IMG/VR virus record: IMGVR_UViG_3300028886_000075
Length of the DNA stretch: 64,000 bases
Source: a virus
Lineage: Duplodnaviria; Heunggongvirae; Uroviricota; Caudoviricetes
Direction: 5' to 3' (one strand)
Of the stretch, positions 28,184 through 37,730 are shown piece after piece (positions within the stretch are counted from its first letter, which is position 1; each line of letters begins with the position of its first letter). The position numbers and the translations under genes were made by a program. The notes under the pieces were generated by a model. That model was not told the DNA's origin and made no database searches. It saw only the letters and a list, made by a program, of their open reading frames with translations.

Positions 28184-28191
28184 AAAAAAAT

Positions 28192-29826
28192 ATGAAACCT
28201 AATTTCTTATCATTTATAGAATCTCGTAATAAATTTATTAATGAATCATTTGATAATTCAAAAATTGATAAAGTATTTGAATTAATCAATAAAGTACTTA
28301 AAAAATATATAGATGGTTTAGTACCTTTAGTAGGATATGTAAAAATTAAACAAGGCAGTGATGAATTATATGCTAAACAATATATGGTTGTACCTAAGTC
28401 ATCACCACAAAACAGTACTGTATTTTGTATTAATCTAAAACAATCAAAAAATTCAACTGATTTTTATTCTATTGATTTCTTTAAAGATACTAATGTATTA
28501 TTCAGTGAAAAATCAAAAGCAGTTTTATCAATTTATACTTTAGGTAATTCTATATCATATTATTTACCTATTATTTGGACTATTGTTAATTCTAAAGATT
28601 ATAACTTATCTGAAAAAGAAGCTTTAAATATTGCTAGAAGTAAATTTACTGGAGTTAAAGAATCAAAATTCCAAATTGGGTCATTAAGATATATAATTTA
28701 TGAAAATCTTTCTGACAAAATTATTGAGGAAACATTTAATATTTATACTAATGAATCTATTTATAATTCTGAACAAGCAATAAATGAAATGAGTATAAAG
28801 GATTATAAAAAGAAAAAAGTTGATGAATTAATTGATGCACGTAATCATAAAAATGATTCTCCAGAAGCAAAAGATAAATGGAAACAAATAGTTTCTGAAC
28901 TTAAAGAAATTGATACTGCTATTAAAGGTGGTGCAACTACAATTGAAGATTTAAAACTTTCAATTAAACACAACATTCAAATAGTAAATGAATTAGATAA
29001 AGAAACACAAGAAGCTGAAGATAAGTTTAATGCAGAACGTGAAGATCCAGATTTAGTGTTTAAGAAAATGGATAAATACACAAAAATGGTTATAAAAGGT
29101 ATTAATCCTTCAGTAATTATTTGTGGTGCTCCTGGTGTTGGTAAAACATATCGTATTAAACAACAACTTAAAGCTAATGGATATAATGAAGGTCATAATC
29201 TTTTAACTATTAAAGGTAAATGTACACCACGTATTCTTTATCTTTCATTAATGCAATATAAAGAAAAAGGTAAGATTATATTAATTGATGATGCAGATAG
29301 CTTAGTTGGTCCTCATGCACCTGAAGATTGTATTAATATTTTGAAAGCTGCTTTGGATTCTACATCTGATGATGAAGGAAGAATTGTATCTTATGGAGTT
29401 TCAGGTCCACTTAAAGATGATGAAGGTACTCCAGTTGAAAAAAGATTCTTTTATAATGGTAGTATTATTGTTATAACAAATTATCAAGCATCTGCACTTG
29501 ATTCTGCTCTTAAAGGAAGATCATTTATTCAGGATATTAATTTCTCAAAAGACGAACTTCTTGAAATTATCAAAAAACTTATGCCTGCAATTGATCCTGA
29601 ACATCTTTCAGCAAAATCAAAAATTAAAGCATATGATTATTTAACAGAATTATCTAATACAAATCAAGATATGGAAATATCTATTCGTACTTTCGGCATA
29701 TGTGCAAAGATTTTTGAAACTGCTGCAGGTGATCCTGATTTTACTGATGATGATGCAAAATCAATGATTAAAGAACAAATGAAACTACAAGCTTCAAAAC
29801 GACAAGGTCGAGCTATTAAATATTAA
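28192..29826 (+). CDS. P-loop AAA-type ATPase with a long (about 300 aa) N-terminal extension
   Basis: Walker A VIICGAPGVGKTYRI and Walker B KIILIDDADSL in the C-terminal half. Confidence 0.55.
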   Translation: MKPNFLSFIESRNKFINESFDNSKIDKVFELINKVLKKYIDGLVPLVGYVKIKQGSDELYAKQYMVVPKSSPQNSTVFCINLKQSKNSTDFYSIDFFKDTNVLFSEKSKAVLSIYTLGNSISYYLPIIWTIVNSKDYNLSEKEALNIARSKFTGVKESKFQIGSLRYIIYENLSDKIIEETFNIYTNESIYNSEQAINEMSIKDYKKKKVDELIDARNHKNDSPEAKDKWKQIVSELKEIDTAIKGGATTIEDLKLSIKHNIQIVNELDKETQEAEDKFNAEREDPDLVFKKMDKYTKMVIKGINPSVIICGAPGVGKTYRIKQQLKANGYNEGHNLLTIKGKCTPRILYLSLMQYKEKGKIILIDDADSLVGPHAPEDCINILKAALDSTSDDEGRIVSYGVSGPLKDDEGTPVEKRFFYNGSIIVITNYQASALDSALKGRSFIQDINFSKDELLEIIKKLMPAIDPEHLSAKSKIKAYDYLTELSNTNQDMEISIRTFGICAKIFETAAGDPDFTDDDAKSMIKEQMKLQASKRQGRAIKY

Positions 29827-29831
29827 ACATA

Positions 29832-29858
29832 AAGGAGATATCTTACGATATCTCCTTA
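29832..29858. terminator. bidirectional hairpin (ggagatatc-ttac-gatatctcc) between convergent genes; overlaps the stop of the minus-strand gene
   Basis: Read directly from the sequence. Confidence 0.6.
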
Positions 29859-30214
29859 TCTTGTATTATCTTAATTGGTAAATCTTTTCTAAATAAACCT
29901 TCAGAATTAACAAATACTCTAAATGTATCTATAAATTCATCTATATCTAATATAAATAATTCATCATTATAGTTAACAGTTATTTCAGTTAAACTATCAT
30001 GAGTAAAACATTTAGTATTATCATTCTTAGGAACATGTAATATATAACATTTACTTAATAAATATTTTGGAGTAACATTCAAAATAATTTGATTAATTAA
30101 ATAAATATAATAACGATCATATTCCTTATCTGAACGTTTCATATATACATATTGATTTAATAAAGATTCATTCGCATAAGAATTAATTTTTACTATATTA
30201 TCTATTTTTTTCAT
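29843..30214 (-). CDS. hypothetical protein
   Basis: 123-aa ORF on the minus strand. Confidence 0.5.
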   Translation of the reverse strand: MKKIDNIVKINSYANESLLNQYVYMKRSDKEYDRYYIYLINQIILNVTPKYLLSKCYILHVPKNDNTKCFTHDSLTEITVNYNDELFILDIDEFIDTFRVFVNSEGLFRKDLPIKIIQDKEIS

Positions 30215-30276
30215 TTATTATAATTTTAAATTATTTTATTCTATTTTATTTTATATAAAATAATAAAATTTTAAGT

Positions 30277-31107
30277 ATGGGAAAGAAACAATTAACAGAA
30301 GAAGAAAAGAAAGAAAAAAAATTACAAAAGTTATCTATAATTTATGGACAAGTAGATAATGAATTACATATTTCTGGTAAACCAATTAATGAACAAGTTC
30401 ATATTCTTGTAGATAAATGTAATGAATTACAAGGTAAAATTTGCCAATTTGCAGATACTATTAAAATTGATGATTTAACAAAAGTACAAGATATGACAGA
30501 TATTGATAAGAAAACATATCTTGATTTTGTTAATATTTGTGCATTAAAGAATAAAGATAAATTAAAAGAAAAAGCAATTGCAAAATTTGAATCTGATTTT
30601 AGTAATAGATTAATGATTGCAAATCTTAGGCATTCATTCTTGGAATCATATATGTCGGGGGATGATTTAAAAATTACTGATGAAACAGGATATGAATATA
30701 AAGCATTCTCTGATTATAAGTCTGAAGAATTTGAAAAGATAATGGAAAATTCTGCAAAGACTCGAATGTATATTAATGATGTTCTTTATAAACAATATAA
30801 AAAATATGCTGCAGCTGCAGAATATATTACTAAGCTTGAATTAACTTATGGAGAATTTAAACAATTAGTTGATTGGGAACATTATAAGGAAGGAGGATAT
30901 CCAACTGAAAATACTCCAGCTAAACTTTGGTCAATATTCAATAGATATAATGAAGCAATTCGTTTGATGAATAAATATGAATTTACTCAACAAAATGAAT
31001 TGAATAAAGAATTTGGATTAAGTGTAGAATTAATTGAACCACATCCAGTTAGGCACCCATGGATGAAAGCTAAAGAAGCAGAATTAGATAATGAGGAGGA
31101 AGAATAA
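30277..31107 (+). CDS. hypothetical protein
   Basis: 276-aa ORF. Confidence 0.55.
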   Translation: MGKKQLTEEEKKEKKLQKLSIIYGQVDNELHISGKPINEQVHILVDKCNELQGKICQFADTIKIDDLTKVQDMTDIDKKTYLDFVNICALKNKDKLKEKAIAKFESDFSNRLMIANLRHSFLESYMSGDDLKITDETGYEYKAFSDYKSEEFEKIMENSAKTRMYINDVLYKQYKKYAAAAEYITKLELTYGEFKQLVDWEHYKEGGYPTENTPAKLWSIFNRYNEAIRLMNKYEFTQQNELNKEFGLSVELIEPHPVRHPWMKAKEAELDNEEEE

Positions 31108-31199
31108 TATTTATATATTATATAAATTTTAACATAAATTAATTGAACTTATTTAAATTTTTTCTATATTAAATTTGTAATATTTAAAATTAAATAAAC

Positions 31200-31715
31200 A
31201 TGGAAGAAATTACAATTAAAGGTAGAAGGTTTAAAAGAGTTCGTTTATTTCCAGAAACTTGGGTTTATATTGGTGATCCTAATTTAGCTCCAAAAAGGCC
31301 AACAGAATATGTCATTCGAAATCGTCCAAATTCTTCATTAAGAAATCTGGTTTTAAAATCTGTTAAAACTGCTGCTATTAAATATGATTTTAATTTTAAA
31401 GATTCTAAAGATATTCCTCATCCATTTAGTATGTCTACTGATTGGTTTGTACATTTATTTACAGCAAAAAAATATGGGGGACGATATGGGGGAAGAAATA
31501 TTATAACTTTAGATATTGCAGATATTGAAGAAGGTATTATATCAATTATGTTTCATGATATTTGGTTTACTAAAAGTGATATGCTTTGGTTGAAATATTG
31601 TTTAACTGGAATTAATTATCTTGATGAAACCAATGAAAATAAAAAATTAGTATTTTCAATTAATGATATTGATAATATTTTAACAGCAATTGCAAAATAT
31701 TTTAGAAAAATTTAA
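31200..31715 (+). CDS. hypothetical protein
   Basis: 171-aa ORF. Confidence 0.55.
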   Translation: MEEITIKGRRFKRVRLFPETWVYIGDPNLAPKRPTEYVIRNRPNSSLRNLVLKSVKTAAIKYDFNFKDSKDIPHPFSMSTDWFVHLFTAKKYGGRYGGRNIITLDIADIEEGIISIMFHDIWFTKSDMLWLKYCLTGINYLDETNENKKLVFSINDIDNILTAIAKYFRKI

Positions 31716-31717
31716 TT

Positions 31718-32155
31718 ATGACAATATTTTTAACAGGTACTCCAGCAGATACGGCTGATGATTTAGATTCAAAAAGATTTAATAAGCAGATTGTAGAATG
31801 TCAATGGATTATAAATATGGCAGAAGGAAAAACAAAACCTTCTAATCACCCTGCTTATTTAATGTATAAAGATCATATTGACTGGGTAAAAAAATATAAG
31901 GAATGTTTTATTGCATATAAAAATAAAGATTATGAATTATGTAAGAAACTTTCACAAGAAGCAGATATTATCAAACCAGATTTTTTATGTGATGAATTAT
32001 ATACAAATTTCAAAAAACGATTATATACAAAAGATCCTGAATTTTATAAAAGATGGGAATACTTAGGTAAAACCGAAGCAAATTATTATTATGTTGATAA
32101 TAACTGGTGGAAATACGAAAATGGTAAAAAAGAAATAGTCAATAAAATACAATAA
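31718..32155 (+). CDS. hypothetical protein
   Basis: 145-aa ORF, 2 nt after the upstream stop. Confidence 0.55.
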   Translation: MTIFLTGTPADTADDLDSKRFNKQIVECQWIINMAEGKTKPSNHPAYLMYKDHIDWVKKYKECFIAYKNKDYELCKKLSQEADIIKPDFLCDELYTNFKKRLYTKDPEFYKRWEYLGKTEANYYYVDNNWWKYENGKKEIVNKIQ

Positions 32156-32166
32156 AATCATAATAT

Positions 32167-32240
32167 TCATCTTCTAAGCTTATCACAATTTAAGTTAATA
32201 TAATTATATTAAAAAATTGTTTGATAAGCTTAGAAGATGA
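32167..32240. repeat. perfect 19-bp inverted repeat (tcatcttctaagcttatca ... tgataagcttagaagatga) separated by a 36-nt AT-rich loop, between convergent genes
   Basis: Read directly from the sequence. Confidence 0.8.
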
Positions 32241-32290
32241 ATAACCGCTATCTATGAATGAATTTTACTATATATTTCATAAAAAATATT

Positions 32291-32608
32291 TTACATACTA
32301 TTTTTATTATTTTCGTTAGATTCTGTATTTTGATATTTCATTAAATTTATAGATAATATATCATTCATAGTACAATCTAAATCTGATGCCATATTAGTAA
32401 TATCAAATATGATATCACCTAATGTTATCATAGTGTTCATTCGTTTTTTATCATCAAATGAACCATGATTGTTTATTAATACATCATTAAGTTTTTCAGA
32501 TAGTTTACCCATATTTTTTACTAATGATAATATAACTGAATAAGGACCTATTTCTTTTGGGTAATCTATATATTCTCTAACATTTTTTTGATAATCATTA
32601 ATATCCAT
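32291..32608 (-). CDS. small MazG-like all-alpha NTP pyrophosphohydrolase
   Basis: DYQKNVREYIDYP...GPYSVILSLVKNMGKLSEKL...MITLGDIIFDITNMASDLD matches the short MazG / HisE-like layout. Confidence 0.5.
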   Translation of the reverse strand: MDINDYQKNVREYIDYPKEIGPYSVILSLVKNMGKLSEKLNDVLINNHGSFDDKKRMNTMITLGDIIFDITNMASDLDCTMNDILSINLMKYQNTESNENNKNSM

Positions 32609-32640
32609 ATTCTTAAATATATATTTATTTAATAATTAAA

Positions 32641-33414
32641 TTATTCTGTATATAACTTATTATAAACAATTGGTATTTCTTCTATTCTTCTATCATATAA
32701 TAGATCTCCATTTATTTCCATTTGATAATAAGGAAATTCTAATTTAACTTTTTTAATAAATTCCTTAGTTTCTACATTATCATCCATTGACAATAATAAT
32801 CCACCATCAATTCTACTTATTCCATGATATTCTGCATCATATTCATAGATATCATCTTTATTATTTCCTCTTAATTTAATATGTACTGTTTTATTTCTAG
32901 AATATGATAAAGTATAAGTAATTTTTTTCAATGAATCAAAATTACCATTTAGTTTTATAATTATCTTACCTTCTAATATACTTTGTCTATATGGTTCATT
33001 ATCATAATGGTTATCTTTTGATAATTTATCTTCACGATAACTGTTATCAATATATTTCGAAAGTATTAATATTTCTTCTCTATCATCTCCACTACCATGT
33101 ACAGTATTTGTTTCTTGACGTTCTTTAACTTTTTTAATTCCTATAGACATTATTTCATCAAGAGAAGTATCCATATCATCAGCAGCTGCCCATATATACC
33201 ATAATACATCTGCAAGTTCTTTTTTGATAGCATTTTTTGTTTCTTCATCAAAATTTCCTTTATTGTCTCGTAAACATTTCTTTACTTTTTCTGCAGCTTC
33301 ACCAGCTTCACCATTTAATCCAAGAATAGGATATATAATAGGTAGACAATCATATACTTTTGATGTTGACATTACGTCATCATATATTTCTAATATTGTA
33401 GTATCTAATATCAT
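32641..33414 (-). CDS. MazG-family nucleotide pyrophosphohydrolase domain protein with a C-terminal extension
   Basis: ILGLNGEAGEAAEKVKKCLRDNKGNFDEETKNAIKKELADVLWYIWAAADDMDTSLDEI matches the MazG EExxE / ELGDVLWY signature. Confidence 0.6.
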   Translation of the reverse strand: MILDTTILEIYDDVMSTSKVYDCLPIIYPILGLNGEAGEAAEKVKKCLRDNKGNFDEETKNAIKKELADVLWYIWAAADDMDTSLDEIMSIGIKKVKERQETNTVHGSGDDREEILILSKYIDNSYREDKLSKDNHYDNEPYRQSILEGKIIIKLNGNFDSLKKITYTLSYSRNKTVHIKLRGNNKDDIYEYDAEYHGISRIDGGLLLSMDDNVETKEFIKKVKLEFPYYQMEINGDLLYDRRIEEIPIVYNKLYTE

Positions 33415-33422
33415 AATATTGA

Positions 33423-35213
33423 TTATATATTTTTATTGACTATTGTATAAGGATATTGTTCTGCTTCATATATCTTTATTTTTGCTAAACCTTGCAAATA
33501 TATCTTATTTGATATTTCTTTTCTATCAAAACAATCTATAATATCATATAATACAAATTCATCTTTGAATTTACTTAGACCTAATCCACGTCCTATAGAT
33601 TGCATATTTACTACTTCTGATTTAAAAGATTCAAATAAAACTCCAAAACAAAGATTTGCAAGAGTAATACCAGTTGATAATGTTCCGTAAGAAGCTATCA
33701 ATATACAATCATTATTATCCTTAAGCATCTGTTTTATTTCTTCACGTTTCTTGGGTGATACTGCTCCAGTAATTGTATCAATATGTCTATTAGGATAATT
33801 TTTTTTAATGATATCTGTTATATAATTGATATATTCTGTATGATGTGCAAGTATTAATGTATTCTTATCACATAATGGTAATATTGTATTAATTAGATAA
33901 TCAATTCTTTCTGTCATAAAATGTGTCATCATTCTTTCAATTACTAACATATTTGTTGATGTTGACATTTTAATATATGTCTTTAATGATTGCACCCAAT
34001 TAATTCTAGTTTCTTCAGTATCTTCATTATAAAACTGCATTCGTAATTCATTAATACCAAATGGTAAAGTTTTCTTAAATTGTATTTGAAATTCAGGATT
34101 ATCTAATTTAACCTTTTCTTTAACATTTTTACCATTTCTATTGATTCGTTCTATAGTATCAAATTCAGATAAACCGTATTCTGCACACTTAATAAATAAT
34201 TTACGTTGTTTATCGATATCCTTATAATGTAATCTTACTTGTGTAATATTAACTTTAGATATATATCCTTCATCCATTAAGAACTTAGGTTTGATTTTTT
34301 GTATAGTTGCCCCTAATTCTGCCTTAAGACAATAATATTCTATTGTTTTCTCTTTAGGAATTGTACCCGTCATACCGAAAGCAAGTTTAACGTCTTTCAT
34401 AAATGGTTGAGTAATAATTGTCTTAATCTGACTTGCAGTAGCTCTATGTGTTTCATCAACAAACACTATATCATATCCATCAAAAAAATGTGGATTATAC
34501 TTCTTATTTGGTTTTGATTTTTTACCTTTATCTAAAAATTTAATTAAGCTTTGAAATGTTCCTATTGTTAAATTTGCTGATTCAACTAATTCTCCACCAC
34601 CCCATATACATTCAGTTTTGAAAAATTCTGCATATTCTTCAAAATCATCATATCCTTGAGTTACTAACTGAATTGATGGTACAATCATTAACATACGTTT
34701 AGCACCAAGATATTCAATACAATATCTAAAAACTATATATGCTATTAATGTTTTACCTGCACGTGTAGCTAACTGTGAAACTGATTGTCTCCATTGTAAT
34801 ATCTTATATGCTGCTTCATATTGATACGGACGCGGTGTTCTATCTAATCCCCAACTATTAATAATTTCTTTGAATTCTTCAAATGTATGTTTAATATTTC
34901 TTTTAAATAAATGTTGATTTTCTAAAAGACCATCAAATTCTATATTATTTGCTTTAAAAAATTTATATATTTCCTGCCAGAGTCCAATAGCACACCAATA
35001 TACAATCTGACCTGAAGGTTGTACATATGTATATAGAAAATCTTGTGTAAATGGAGGTCCTTTATATGTTGGTCTATAACATAATGGATCTACTAAATTA
35101 ATATGTTCTTTAAGTTTCTGTAAATTTATTTCGTCAAATTCATTATCGAACTTTAAAAATAAATATCTTGTATCTGCTTCTGAAAATATAAAATGTATCA
35201 TACTTAATGCCAA
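33423..35213 (-). CDS. uvsW: SF2 DNA helicase, T4 UvsW-like
   Basis: Motif I ATRAGKT and motif II DETH. The C-terminal region CILIASYGTLSTGITLANLCFGVLFESFKSEVVNMQSIGRGLG parallels T4 UvsW GIIIVASYGVFSTGISVKNLHHVVLAHGVKSKIIVLQTIGRVLR. Confidence 0.75.
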   Translation of the reverse strand: MALSMIHFIFSEADTRYLFLKFDNEFDEINLQKLKEHINLVDPLCYRPTYKGPPFTQDFLYTYVQPSGQIVYWCAIGLWQEIYKFFKANNIEFDGLLENQHLFKRNIKHTFEEFKEIINSWGLDRTPRPYQYEAAYKILQWRQSVSQLATRAGKTLIAYIVFRYCIEYLGAKRMLMIVPSIQLVTQGYDDFEEYAEFFKTECIWGGGELVESANLTIGTFQSLIKFLDKGKKSKPNKKYNPHFFDGYDIVFVDETHRATASQIKTIITQPFMKDVKLAFGMTGTIPKEKTIEYYCLKAELGATIQKIKPKFLMDEGYISKVNITQVRLHYKDIDKQRKLFIKCAEYGLSEFDTIERINRNGKNVKEKVKLDNPEFQIQFKKTLPFGINELRMQFYNEDTEETRINWVQSLKTYIKMSTSTNMLVIERMMTHFMTERIDYLINTILPLCDKNTLILAHHTEYINYITDIIKKNYPNRHIDTITGAVSPKKREEIKQMLKDNNDCILIASYGTLSTGITLANLCFGVLFESFKSEVVNMQSIGRGLGLSKFKDEFVLYDIIDCFDRKEISNKIYLQGLAKIKIYEAEQYPYTIVNKNI

Positions 35214-35848
35214 TCTATTGTTTCATCTGGTGTTATCTTATGATCTTTAAACCAATTATATGCTATAAAAGAATGTCTAAAATTATGACTAAATACTGAT
35301 TCGTTTTTGTTAATTTCGTTTTTAGAAAATATATGATGTTCTTCTAAACCACCCCATTTGTTACGTGTCATTATATGTGAATATACATTACCAAAAATCG
35401 AATGTTCTAATATTTTCCAATAATCAAAATTTAAAATAATTGTATTATCAAAAGTATTAAACTCACTAACAAAACCATTATATAATGATAACGAATGTAA
35501 TCTATCATTATTATGTATTTCATATAATTCAAAATCTTGACATATTTCCGATTTTAAAGATATCATATAACCGTTATAATCAAATAACTTATTGACTCTA
35601 AAATCCTTTTTAATAAAAGAAATATTATTATGTTTTTGATTTAAATAAAATTTTATGATGCAATCACACCATTCATGTGTTTCGGTTTCTAATTCTATTT
35701 TATTGATGTCATAAATAATTTTACTTTGAGTAATCAACTCAAATGGAAAACTATCAAATATCATTTTATTAATAAATAATTTAATATTAAAATAGTAAAA
35801 ATTTTTTATTTGTTTTAAATAAAATGGAGATTCATAATGAATCTCCAT
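35204..35848 (-). CDS. hypothetical protein
   Basis: 214-aa ORF that overlaps the helicase start. Confidence 0.5.
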   Translation of the reverse strand: MEIHYESPFYLKQIKNFYYFNIKLFINKMIFDSFPFELITQSKIIYDINKIELETETHEWCDCIIKFYLNQKHNNISFIKKDFRVNKLFDYNGYMISLKSEICQDFELYEIHNNDRLHSLSLYNGFVSEFNTFDNTIILNFDYWKILEHSIFGNVYSHIMTRNKWGGLEEHHIFSKNEINKNESVFSHNFRHSFIAYNWFKDHKITPDETIDWH

Positions 35849-36125
35849 TTAGTTTGAAATCTATATTGCATAATCTTATTATATCATTTAATTCTTCTAT
35901 TGTTTTTACATTTGATAAACTAGATCTTTTAACTATAGCTCCTTTATCATTTGTTATCCAACATGATACAGTGTACATTAATTCATTCGATAAAGATTTA
36001 TAATCTTGTTCAACTAAAATTAAATATTCAGGATGTTTACCATGTTTCTTATATTTACAAAGTACGCGTTCTGGATGATCTGTTTTAAATCCGTTTCTAA
36101 TTAAGATTTCATTAGTTATAACCAT
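35832..36125 (-). CDS. hypothetical protein
   Basis: 97-aa ORF. Confidence 0.45.
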   Translation of the reverse strand: MVITNEILIRNGFKTDHPERVLCKYKKHGKHPEYLILVEQDYKSLSNELMYTVSCWITNDKGAIVKRSSLSNVKTIEELNDIIRLCNIDFKLNGDSL

Positions 36126-36144
36126 AATTTAACAATAGATATAT

Positions 36145-36375
36145 TTAAAGATTCTTTGGTTCTAATAATTTATATGGTAATGTTAAACTATATCTGAATA
36201 ATGAATAAGGCCATTTTCTAAATGTCTTAATGCATTTATCATTATAATTTTTATATGTTTCTTCCCAAGGACAATATCCATCCTTCTGATAAAACATACA
36301 ATTATAACATATTTTTAATTTATCATTAAAACCAAGTTTAGATGTTGGCTTTAATTGTATTTTTTTCTTAGCCAT
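36145..36375 (-). CDS. small Cys-rich (zinc-binding-like) protein
   Basis: CYNCMFYQKDGYCPWEE, 76 aa. Confidence 0.45.
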   Translation of the reverse strand: MAKKKIQLKPTSKLGFNDKLKICYNCMFYQKDGYCPWEETYKNYNDKCIKTFRKWPYSLFRYSLTLPYKLLEPKNL

Positions 36376-36387
36376 TATTTATAATAA

Positions 36388-36412
36388 AAGGTAGGCATTT
36401 ATAACCTACCTT
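36388..36412 (-). terminator. rho-independent terminator for the minus-strand gene ending at 36427 (aggtagg-loop-cctacct, with a T-run on the minus strand)
   Basis: Read directly from the sequence. Confidence 0.6.
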
Positions 36413-36426
36413 AGTTAATTATTCTG

Positions 36427-36936
36427 CTACTTTTTAGTGTCATTATCTGCAGGTTTATTTAATTCTTCAAGTTTACGAATTACAATATCGTGCTTAGAAG
36501 CAATATCATATGTAGCTTCTGTAGCATCTACATAAGCATTATGAAGTGGTTCAAAATACTTATTAATTGCAACAACTGCAGACCATTCAGCATAACCTGT
36601 AAATTGCATCTGACCTAATGTACGAAGAATAGCATCAAGTTGAGCATAAGGAATCTTCTTTGCTTTCTTTTCTGGATTCCAAAAATCATAAAGACCAACT
36701 AAACCTAATGTATATTGCCATTGTACGGTCTGCTTATTCAAAAGCATTCTAATACCTTCGGCAACTTCCTTATAGTTTTCTTTTGGTAAATCAAATTCAA
36801 GTTTTGAAACTCGAACATCATTTTCATCAGCATCCCCAATAAGTTCAGCTTCAATCTTTTCTAACTCTTCCTTTGTTTTTCCTGTTAAAGAATCTTCATA
36901 TTCTTTAAGCATCTTTTGTTTTTCCTCTATATTCAT
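36427..36936 (-). CDS. hypothetical protein
   Basis: 169-aa ORF with host-like codons. Confidence 0.55.
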   Translation of the reverse strand: MNIEEKQKMLKEYEDSLTGKTKEELEKIEAELIGDADENDVRVSKLEFDLPKENYKEVAEGIRMLLNKQTVQWQYTLGLVGLYDFWNPEKKAKKIPYAQLDAILRTLGQMQFTGYAEWSAVVAINKYFEPLHNAYVDATEATYDIASKHDIVIRKLEELNKPADNDTKK

Positions 36937-36958
36937 TTATACGTATAAAATATTTTTA

Positions 36959-37477
36959 TTAGATCAACACAAATATAATTAATGCTATTATAAAATAGAT
37001 TAATAAATGTATTGAAAATTTCTTAAATTCTTTAGCAAATCTTTTTCTAGAAACAACATCAAATATAATCAAATAATTATCTCCATTCTTTGGACCAACA
37101 TGTTTAAATTCTAAATCAATAAAATGATAAAGATTTTCTATTTTAAACAAATCACCAATTAAATTTAATTGTTTATATGTCCAATGTTTTATATATTCAT
37201 TATTATTTGTGTTTTCTCCATCTAATTCTATTATAGTTTTTGTAAAATCAAATTCTCCTTTTTCATTTATATTTGGATTAATTATTCCATAAAGACGTCC
37301 AATCCAATCTTTTTTAATATTAACATTCAAATACTCCTTTAAAACAATTTTAAATGCTTCACTATATAATGTATCTGAAATATATTCATAATCTTTTATA
37401 TAATCAGAAATATATTTGATTATATTGAAAAACTTCCCTAATAATGTATAACTAAATAATGATTTTAAAAGTTTCAT
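36959..37477 (-). CDS. hypothetical protein with a C-terminal TM segment
   Basis: 172-aa ORF with a C-terminal hydrophobic tail, LLIYFIIALIIFVLI. Confidence 0.5.
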   Translation of the reverse strand: MKLLKSLFSYTLLGKFFNIIKYISDYIKDYEYISDTLYSEAFKIVLKEYLNVNIKKDWIGRLYGIINPNINEKGEFDFTKTIIELDGENTNNNEYIKHWTYKQLNLIGDLFKIENLYHFIDLEFKHVGPKNGDNYLIIFDVVSRKRFAKEFKKFSIHLLIYFIIALIIFVLI

Positions 37478-37730
37478 TTATGTATTCCATGATATAAGAT
37501 TTATATAAAAAATAGTAAATATAAATGAAACTTTTAAAAAAATGTAAAAATTTTTAATTTAAATAAAATATATATTAAAATATTAATATTATTGAAATAT
37601 TTTTAAAATATACTATATTAGATTATCATTAATAAAATCAAACAAATATGAATATATTTATATAAAATTTTTATTTTTATAAAATCTATTTAGTATAATA
37701 AGAATTAATTCAATTTAACATTTATATAAT

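Noticed and set aside
33224-33439. Plus-strand 71-aa ORF overlapping the MazG and helicase genes
   Set aside because: Antisense to two supported minus-strand genes. The peptide is hydrophobic and low-complexity.
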